A DNA stretch of 32,000 bases from Nostoc sp. PCC 7120 = FACHB-418 (GTDB lineage: Bacteria; Cyanobacteriota; Cyanobacteriia; Cyanobacteriales; Nostocaceae). Below the pieces are notes generated by a model. That model made no database searches. It was given only the letters and a program-made list of their open reading frames with translations, and was not told where the DNA came from. Location: the NCBI RefSeq assembly GCF_000009705.1, contig NC_003272.1, positions 5,220,001-5,252,000 of the forward strand, written 5' to 3'. Positions 18,551-25,591 of this stretch are shown one piece after another. Position 1 is the first letter of the stretch. Each line of letters begins with the position of its first letter. The position numbers and the translations under genes are program-made.

Positions 18551-18615
18551 GCTCCCCTGCTCCCTGCTCCCTGCTCCCCTGCTCCCTGTTCCCTGCTCCC
18601 TGCTCCCCTGCTCCC
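18551..18615. repeat. Array of about 9 units of TGCTCCC(C)
   Basis: Read directly: gctcccc tgctccc tgctccc tgctcccc tgctccc tgttccc tgctccc tgctcccc tgctccc. The array ends exactly at the stop codon (18616-18618) of the minus-strand NFACT gene. Confidence 0.95.
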
Positions 18616-20355
18616 TCAACTTCCTACCTTCTCTATATCTACTAACTGCGGTTTTCCCCAAAGGATGCGTTCCTGTTTGTAAATAGCAATTCCTGGTTTA
18701 GCACCTTTGGGTTTATAAACGTGTTTGGGTTGAGTGTAAACGACTGGTACTTGATCACTCTGGCGACCGCGACTGTAGTAAGCTGCTAAATCGGCTACAT
18801 ATTGTAAGTCTGATAGTTCTGGTGCTGTACCCGGTTCTAAACGCAATAGTACATGGCTGCCAGGGATTTCTTGGGCATGGAACCATAGGTCATAATCTCC
18901 GGCTACTCGAAATGTTAATTGGTCATTTTGACGATTGTTGCGACCGATTAAGACTGTGAAACCGTTAGGGGTACGATAGTTGTGAAAGTTAGTGCTAGCA
19001 GTTTCGTTGTTATTGCGGCTACGATACTCTAACTCTTCTAAATATTTCTGTCCAATTAACTCGTCGCGGATTTCTTCTAAAGCTTGCAAATCTTCTGCTG
19101 TTTGGTAGTTATCTATTTGGGAAATTGCAGCTTCTACTTGTTCTAAATAATCGATTTCTGCTTGTACTTCTTGCAGTAGCGGTTCGACAGCTATGCGAGC
19201 GCGTTTGAGTTTTTGGTGTTGTTTGTAGAGATTTTGGGCATTCTGCACAGCATTTTTATCAGGCAAAAGAGCGATCGCTACAGGCTCACCTGTCTCAAAA
19301 TCAGGTATGCTAATTTCTTTCATCCCTGGTTGCCAATTTTGCAGGTGCGCCATTAATAAATCAGCTTTTTGGCGATATTCATCGGCTCTATCTGATTGCT
19401 GTAGGCGATCGCTAAAGGTTTGGGCTTTATTACGTAATTTGCCTAAAATATTACTTAATTTCTGAGTCAGTTGATGGCGTAATTGAGCAAATAATTGTTG
19501 ATTTAGCTGTTTGGTATAGTATTCGTTGATTAATGTTTGGATATCTTGGACTGGTGCAACAGCACCCCAACCCATAACTGTATATCCGTTTGCCATCCAA
19601 GCTGGTTGAAATTTACCACTATCTAAGGTGTGTAGCCATTCTTGCCAGCGTGCAAATAACCTTTGCCAGTCTTCAGGATGTAGGGTATCCGTGGTAGTTT
19701 CTGGGGCAATGTTGGCTACCAATAACATGGATTCTACCAACACAGCACTCAAGCCGCTATAACTTTTGAGCAACTGACGTTTAATTGCTCCTGGGACTAA
19801 ACTGACTCTTTCTTGCCACCTTGCTTGAGTTTCCTGCAAACTGGGGATAGTTCCGGTGAGTTTGGGCGGTGCTTCATAAGGTTGTCCTGTGAGGATAGGA
19901 CGCACGCTTGATTGTTGCTGACTCACTTGATGGGCAGCAGTAATAATTAGATTGTTGGCATCGGTGAGAATCACATTACTGTATTTACCCATAATTTCCC
20001 CGTAGATGTGATACAGTGCAGCATCTCCAGGGCGGCGGGCAAATTGTAAATCAATTACACGCTCCCAAGGGGCGATCGCTTCAATTGCAACTAAGGCTAA
20101 TCCCCCCAACTGGTGGACTAGTTGTTGGCTGAAGGTAAAGGTATCTGGTGTACGTGGAGGTGGATCACCAATACAAATATGAGTTGCTTGAGGATGCCAA
20201 GAAATTTGTAACCAACCTCTTTTATCGAGGGTACGTAACGCTATAGCAATAGTGTAGCGATCGCGCTGATAAACTTGCTCTAGGCGGGATGGTAGCCAGT
20301 GAGCGTGGAGTTCGCTACAAGTAGCTGTAAGGGTGGTAAAGTCTACTGGCTGCAT
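18616..20355 (-). CDS. NFACT-family protein (FbpA/RqcH-like, ribosome quality control homolog)
   Basis: 579 aa. The N-terminal NFACT-N-like region is followed by a central coiled coil. The C-terminal NFACT-R/DUF814 signature is GRNNRQNDQLTFRVAGDYDLWFHAQEIPGSHVLL. Confidence 0.85.
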   Translation of the reverse strand: MQPVDFTTLTATCSELHAHWLPSRLEQVYQRDRYTIAIALRTLDKRGWLQISWHPQATHICIGDPPPRTPDTFTFSQQLVHQLGGLALVAIEAIAPWERVIDLQFARRPGDAALYHIYGEIMGKYSNVILTDANNLIITAAHQVSQQQSSVRPILTGQPYEAPPKLTGTIPSLQETQARWQERVSLVPGAIKRQLLKSYSGLSAVLVESMLLVANIAPETTTDTLHPEDWQRLFARWQEWLHTLDSGKFQPAWMANGYTVMGWGAVAPVQDIQTLINEYYTKQLNQQLFAQLRHQLTQKLSNILGKLRNKAQTFSDRLQQSDRADEYRQKADLLMAHLQNWQPGMKEISIPDFETGEPVAIALLPDKNAVQNAQNLYKQHQKLKRARIAVEPLLQEVQAEIDYLEQVEAAISQIDNYQTAEDLQALEEIRDELIGQKYLEELEYRSRNNNETASTNFHNYRTPNGFTVLIGRNNRQNDQLTFRVAGDYDLWFHAQEIPGSHVLLRLEPGTAPELSDLQYVADLAAYYSRGRQSDQVPVVYTQPKHVYKPKGAKPGIAIYKQERILWGKPQLVDIEKVGS

Positions 20356-20431
20356 AACAAATTAGTCACTGGCATTTACAAGACAATGGTTAGTATACTT
20401 CTCTCTTCCCTAATTCTCAGTTATATAAATT

Positions 20432-20481
20432 AAAAAAGCCGTTAGCTATTCTGAACTTTGGTGAGTTCAGGCTGTCGGCTG
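20432..20481 (-). terminator. Intrinsic terminator downstream of the PEP-CTERM gene
   Basis: The minus strand reads AGCCG..CTGAAC TCACCAAA GTTCAG..CGGCT followed by TTTTTTA, 41 nt after the stop. Confidence 0.5.
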
Positions 20482-20521
20482 GAGAATATTCTTGAGTTTT
20501 AATTAAAGTTTGCTATTCGTC

Positions 20522-21325
20522 TTAAGCTTGTTGACTAGCTACTTTCTTTTTGTAACCGAGAAATGATCCAGCGATCGTTGTTGTCAAGATAGCTCCCAAA
20601 ATGCTTGGTTCTGGTACTCTTCTGCTATTTCCGACTTTAATTTGAAAAGCGAGGTTAGAACCTGTGGGGCGATTACCATCCCAGTCAAACTCTGCTTGGC
20701 CAGTGAGTATGAAGTTTGTTGGTACGTCGCCAATAGCTATATAGTCCACATCTCTGCTACTAGTTGTACCAAGAGAGGAGATGTTGGGTATGGCAGTACC
20801 GTTGAGAGACAAGCCAGAAAGTCCTAAGAAATTGTTATCATCTATAGGCCTACCGCCTTGAGCAAAGGTACGTAAAAATATGTGGTTTATATCCCCACTA
20901 AATGCAGTTGTGGAGAGTACTACTGGTGTAATGCCCGCACGGCTAACAGAGAATGTTACCTGATTGCCTGTATAAGCGAGGGTAAAATCACTGAGAATGC
21001 CTCTTCCCCAATTGTATTGACCTTGAGCAACTGCTAGACCAGGGTTTGAAGTCGCTCTCACATCTCTGTTAATACCTAATTCCCGGTCTCCACCGATGGC
21101 ATTATTACCAATTCTTCCTTCAGCTACAAACAGTTCTGTAAAGTCACGGTTATCCAACAACAAATTAAAATCTATATCATCAAAGCCAGGATTAGCATCC
21201 ACAGAAGTTAAAGGAATGAGTGATACAGCTTGTGCCGATTGAGGCGCTAGAAATAGTCCCAGGGTTATTAATCCTAAAGATGCCAGAGTTTTACTCTTGC
21301 TCAGAAAATTGTCAGGTGGTATCAT
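20522..21325 (-). CDS. Secreted PEP-CTERM sorting-domain protein
   Basis: The signal peptide is ...LASLGLITLGLFLAPQSAQA. The C-terminus VPEPSILGAILTTTIAGSFLGYKKK has the PEP motif, a TM segment and a basic tail. Confidence 0.85.
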   Translation of the reverse strand: MIPPDNFLSKSKTLASLGLITLGLFLAPQSAQAVSLIPLTSVDANPGFDDIDFNLLLDNRDFTELFVAEGRIGNNAIGGDRELGINRDVRATSNPGLAVAQGQYNWGRGILSDFTLAYTGNQVTFSVSRAGITPVVLSTTAFSGDINHIFLRTFAQGGRPIDDNNFLGLSGLSLNGTAIPNISSLGTTSSRDVDYIAIGDVPTNFILTGQAEFDWDGNRPTGSNLAFQIKVGNSRRVPEPSILGAILTTTIAGSFLGYKKKVASQQA

Positions 21326-21580
21326 TTTGTTCCCTTGACTACAAAAATATAATATTGCTTTGCTACTGATACGGTATCTACGTAAGTAGACCCTTGTAAG
21401 AAAATACCATTATCGTTATGGCTTAACAATGATTTTTTGATGTAGGGATATTTTAATTATGATAAATAAAGACAAAAAAATTTAGGGAAGAGGTATAATT
21501 CTAAGCCTTAACCCTAATTTATTGGTATTTGATTATTACTAATTTTCCATTAATCAATGAAAGAATAGGCTAAAAAGCGT

Positions 21581-22849
21581 CTATTTAGTTACCAATGCTG
21601 GCTCTTTAACCTGTTGTGTCAATAATTGAGTGTATATTCCATCCAGTTGGCTAGCTACTCCTTCCCAACCAAATTTGTGGGTAACGTGTTTCCTCGCAGC
21701 AAGGCCTAACTCATCCCGCCATTGTGGATTCATCAAAATTCTATCAATTGCAATGTTGAACGCAGCAATATCTTTTGGTGGTACCAATAAACCGGTTTTC
21801 TCGGAAACTACCGTAAATTGAAGTCCACCAACATCGCTGGCTACTACAGGTGTACCACTTGCCATTGCTTCAATTGCCACCAATCCAAAAGGTTCATAGT
21901 GACTGGGAACAACGCAAACATCAGCCGCAGCGTAGTAAGCAGGGAGGACATCTTGGCTGAGGCGGCCTGGGAAACTAGTCATTTCCGTCATGCCCAATTC
22001 TTGCACAATGGCCTCAATGCGATCGCGCTCTCTGCCATCGCTATTACCAGGAGTACTACCACCACCAATAATTAGTTTGAGTTTATTCGTGTCACGCAAT
22101 TGAGACTCATTCATGGCACGTACTAAGGTTTCTATGCCTTTACGTTGATCAAAGCGTCCTACATACAAGACCACTTTTGCTTCTTGATCAATTCCTAATT
22201 CTGCTCTTGCGGCTTGTCTAGCAATTGAACCAAAGCGGTGAATATCTGTACCGCAAGGAACGATATCAATGTAACCTTTAGTAGAAACTAGCGATCGCAT
22301 ATGTTGCTGTTCTTGAGGACTGGTAGCAACGATTCTTTCTGCTGTTTCTAATACTTGTTTTTCTACCGATAAACGTTTAGTAGCAACCAAAGGAATCGTA
22401 TCTATAGATTTGTACTTGACTGCTCCTAAAGAGTGATAAGTATGAACTTGTTTGCTTCCTTGGATTGCTTTTAACTGCATTCCCACCCAACTAGAAAGCC
22501 AGTAGTTTGTATGCACTAATGGGTAATTAACGTTGTTTTCTTTTTGGAATCGAAGCAGTTGTTGTACAAATTCTGGTAAATATTTAAAGCCATTATCTCT
22601 TGGTACAAATTCTTCTGGCCCTGCTGTTAACCGAATTGTCCGACAAAGTGGGCTATGGTGAACAATTAACTCTTGTTCAGGACTCACTTTGCGGCTAAAC
22701 ATATCCACTTGCCATCCCAGTTGGGCTAATGCTTTACCCACTTCGCGCACGTAAACATTTTGCCCTCCAGCTTCTTCTTTGCCAATTTCGATTGCTGGGT
22801 CTCCGTGAACTGAAATTAAAGCTATGCGTTTTTCAGTGTTAGAGTTCAT
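21581..22849 (-). CDS. GT4-family glycosyltransferase, probably a single-domain sucrose-phosphate synthase
   Basis: 422 aa. IALISVHGDPAIEIGKEEAGGQNVYVREVG resembles the SPS glucosyltransferase N-terminal signature. The C-terminal half is GT-B (EPFGLVAIEAMASGTPVV). The size matches the minimal SPS proteins of Anabaena as I recall them. The GT4 call is solid; the SPS call is tentative. Confidence 0.7.
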   Translation of the reverse strand: MNSNTEKRIALISVHGDPAIEIGKEEAGGQNVYVREVGKALAQLGWQVDMFSRKVSPEQELIVHHSPLCRTIRLTAGPEEFVPRDNGFKYLPEFVQQLLRFQKENNVNYPLVHTNYWLSSWVGMQLKAIQGSKQVHTYHSLGAVKYKSIDTIPLVATKRLSVEKQVLETAERIVATSPQEQQHMRSLVSTKGYIDIVPCGTDIHRFGSIARQAARAELGIDQEAKVVLYVGRFDQRKGIETLVRAMNESQLRDTNKLKLIIGGGSTPGNSDGRERDRIEAIVQELGMTEMTSFPGRLSQDVLPAYYAAADVCVVPSHYEPFGLVAIEAMASGTPVVASDVGGLQFTVVSEKTGLLVPPKDIAAFNIAIDRILMNPQWRDELGLAARKHVTHKFGWEGVASQLDGIYTQLLTQQVKEPALVTK

Positions 22850-23354
22850 AGTTTGTGTGTGTTGCTGATTTTAAGTAAAGTCGCGGTCAGCTTTTAGTGT
22901 GCTGACACCACTATATGCGGGAATTATGTAGGAACGTTGAGTAATCTTTATTTTAATTTAATATGTCAAAGATTGTTATATACATACTACGAGAATTATA
23001 CTTTTTTGTTCAGCATTTACATTTAATCTCTTTATATATAAGTGGTTATACGTATATCTAATGCCTGTGATAGATTAACTTCTATTTAGATAGTGATGAA
23101 TATGCAGATATACTTTTTTTGGGCGCTACAAATTTATCGGTTTATTTCACCAATACGTGATCATATTGGTTCAGCAAATATACGCTAATTCCCAATTGAT
23201 TAATTCAAAATTAACCGTATTTTTACTGAAAAGAATTCCTATATTTCCGTAAATTTACTCGTTAACTCCGCTTGTATTCTTAAATATTCCTGGTAATTAC
23301 TTAATTTTACCCATTAAATTATCATGACTATCGTCATTAAGAGATGAGTCACCA

Positions 23355-23397
23355 ATGTTACTAATAAGTAAATAAGATTTTTGTAATTTTCAATACA
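23355..23397 (-). promoter_or_regulatory. Candidate NtcA-activated (class II) promoter pointing toward the glycosyltransferase gene
   Basis: TGTA-N8-TACA lies at 23382-23397 (tgtaattttcaataca). On the minus strand, exactly 22 nt after the TAC comes TAACAT (23360-23355), so the site fits GTA-N8-TAC-N22-TAN3T. Confidence 0.35.
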
Positions 23398-23726
23398 GTT
23401 TTCCTATAAAAACTCTGTGAGAGTTTAAGTTTTCATCGGAGAATTTAACAGCTATCGGAGATGAGAAAAATTGCTTCTCTCTCTTCTTTTGCGAATCATT
23501 TAAATTCTTTCTCGGAAAAAATTACGTCTCTCAAAAAACATAAGGAACAGCAAAGAGGAAAGCAGGACATTTCTGCTATGTTTTGTTAGTGTGAAGCACC
23601 GCACTTTCTGAAAAATAGTGGCAGGAGACTAGAGTCGATTTAGGTAATAGGTAATTGTTGTCCCTATGACAGAAAAATTCACCCACAAGGGGATGGAGTT
23701 AAAAGAATAGTAACCTAACAAAGTCT

Positions 23727-23772
23727 TGAGAATGTTGGGTTTCGTTCCTTCACCCAACCTACACCATTCTCA
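23727..23772. repeat. Nested hairpin element (small dispersed-repeat type)
   Basis: The outer stem tgagaatg/cattctca encloses the inner stem gttgggt-ttcgttccttc-acccaac. The gttgggtttcg...acccaacctac motif is, as I recall, a family common in Nostoc intergenic regions. Confidence 0.5.
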
Positions 23773-23890
23773 GCTATAGCTGTTGCCAATAGTGTTAGAA
23801 CATCAATGAGATGATACAAGCTAGACACAACAAGACTTTTCACCCAGTCACCAGTCCCCAGCTATATTAGTCTTAGGCAAGTCCCTAACG

Positions 23891-23937
23891 ACAAAAACCC
23901 CTTGAGTCTAGTCTGATGTTCATTGAGACTCAAGGGG
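23891..23937 (-). terminator. Strong intrinsic terminator with no assigned gene
   Basis: The minus strand reads CCCCTTGAGTCT (16-nt loop) AGACTCAAGGGG followed by TTTTTGT. The 12-bp perfect stem spans 23898-23909 / 23926-23937. Confidence 0.7.
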
Positions 23938-24478
23938 TATAAAAGTTATTCAATTTTTACTGTAATCTTATGTTAGATATACGTAAGAAATCAAAACTAT
24001 AGCAGTTGCCAGATAGATTAGGAAATAGAATCATTCTAAAACCCTGATAGCAGGTGGCTTTGAAGCCTTTTTCCGTGCGACTGAAGATCAGTTGATTCGT
24101 GGAAACCTGTCCCTTTCCCCTGCCATAATTCCAGTGGAAGAATCGTACCTTGCCCTCACCTTGGCACTTCTGACTCTGGAAGATAGAAGAAGGTTTAGTT
24201 ATTTTCGACAAGTGCAATCAGCTAAACTGTAGTTTAGGCGATCGCTACCTCTGTCAGTATTTACTGGTGCTACTCAGTATAAGCCCAATATTTACTCAAA
24301 AGTAGCGATCGCTTGCGGTGGGCGGAACCTTAACACCTAACTTGGAGCATAGCCCAATGCACTTACAAAAATAGCGACACTTAACCATTGATATAGTTAA
24401 TTGTTATCTACTAACGATTAAAAATTAAAAATCAAAAAAAATTCTGACTTTTAATTTTTAATTTCTCAGTCTGCTCAC

Positions 24479-24979
24479 TTAATTTGTGGCTTGAGCTGCT
24501 AGTATCTGCTTCAGCTTTTCTAATTCAGAAGCCCAACGGGGATCTGGACGAATAGCATCTGAATCAGTGGTGGTTGTGGTGGTATTTTCCCGATTACCAC
24601 CGCCACGTCGAGACTTCTTAGCGCCTTTATCACGACGACTACCTTCTTTGTTGGTGTTAGGAGCCGCATGACCACCGGAGGTAGTTACAGGTTTAGGAGT
24701 TGCTTGCTCCTCGCCTTCATCACCTTTTGTTCGTGGTAAAGCTTTTTCTAACTTGATAGGCGTTTCTTTAAACATCTGACCATTATACTTTTCAATAATT
24801 TGGTCAGCTTGTTCATCATTGTTTACCGTCAAAAACCCAAAACCACGGCATTTACCAGTTTTGCGGTCTTTGATGAGTTTAGTCGTCACAGCATCGCCTT
24901 CTGCGGCAAAAACAGCTTGCAATTCTTGACGGTCTATTTCTTCTTTTGGCAAATTGCCTATGTATAGGCGCACGGACAT
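24479..24979 (-). CDS. RRM-type RNA-binding protein with a long basic/acidic C-terminal extension
   Basis: RNP-2 is LYIGNL and RNP-1 is RGFGFLTV within an N-terminal RRM of about 80 aa. The tail of about 85 aa is rich in G/K/R/T rather than the usual short Gly-rich tail. Confidence 0.9.
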   Translation of the reverse strand: MSVRLYIGNLPKEEIDRQELQAVFAAEGDAVTTKLIKDRKTGKCRGFGFLTVNNDEQADQIIEKYNGQMFKETPIKLEKALPRTKGDEGEEQATPKPVTTSGGHAAPNTNKEGSRRDKGAKKSRRGGGNRENTTTTTTDSDAIRPDPRWASELEKLKQILAAQATN

Positions 24980-25380
24980 GAACTATACCTCCAGAGTTAA
25001 ATGAACATGGTGAACATGGCAAGGCAACAAATCAATTGCTTGGCTTTGACTTTTATGTGTTATTGACCAAGACTGCCGTAAACCAATTTTTTACTCCAAA
25101 CTGTCAACTTATACAATACAGTTTTTTGTTGGGATCAAGCTTGTTTAATCATAGAGCGTACCAACGCTCGACTACTACCACCTTAATTCTAAAAGTTTTA
25201 AATTTGTTATTTTACTGCCTACTACAGTAATAATTTTTTGTCTGCCCTAGCCCGCAGAGTTAAATACCACTCTTTACATTACCACGGTATTTTCTACGTA
25301 GCTAGTTCATCATACACTTTTCTAGCATTAGTATTGAGGCATCCTAGCATAAAGTACTTTTTTTTCTCAAGCATAAATAT

Positions 25381-25408
25381 AAAGAAACAAAAACCAGCCT
25401 GTGGCTGG
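25381..25408 (-). terminator. Possible terminator about 185 nt downstream of the 25592..27775 gene
   Basis: The minus strand reads CCAGCC ACA GGCTGG followed by TTTTTGTTTCTTT. Confidence 0.35.
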
Positions 25409-25591
25409 TCGATTTGCTGCTGTGTTGGGAGGATAAAACAGATAGATTGGCGCAAGGAGCCTAATAGATACAACCAAGCTCGCTAGTTGTGTTATTTTGG
25501 CTATCTATTTTTCTTAAGAAAATGTAACATTATTTAAAATAAATAGCAATATTTATTTACATTTTCATTTTTCATTAGTTAATCCCCTTGG

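Noticed and set aside
18393-18615. Possible CRISPR array, given regular short repeats in an intergenic region.
   Set aside because: The units are 7-8 nt and directly abutting with no spacers, and no cas genes are present. This is STRR-type microsatellite structure, not CRISPR.
18440-18686. Track ORFs 18440..18661 (-) and 18447..18686 (+), which encode GSREQG- and GDWGLG-type repeats.
   Set aside because: They are translations of the two heptamer arrays, are low-complexity, and overlap each other and the end of the NFACT gene. I do not consider them genes.
23461-23589. A 42-aa + strand ORF (MRKIASLSSFANHLNSFSEKITSLKKHKEQQRGKQDISAMFC) with GGAG upstream.
   Set aside because: The GGAG abuts the ATG with no spacer, no terminator follows, and there is nothing to suggest conservation. 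It is too weak to call.
23957-24217. An 86-aa minus-strand ORF ending just before the strong terminator.
   Set aside because: It has a TTG start with no visible ribosome-binding site, an odd composition, and no motif I recognise. I kept it only as part of the candidate-transcript finding.
25036-25486. Track ORFs 25036..25230 and 25238..25486 in the spacer upstream of the RRM gene; likewise 30256..30483, 31463..31693, 9875..10186 and 9946..10131.
   Set aside because: They lie in AT-rich intergenic sequence, use alternative or weak starts, have hydrophobic or low-complexity translations, and overlap promoter regions or better-supported genes.
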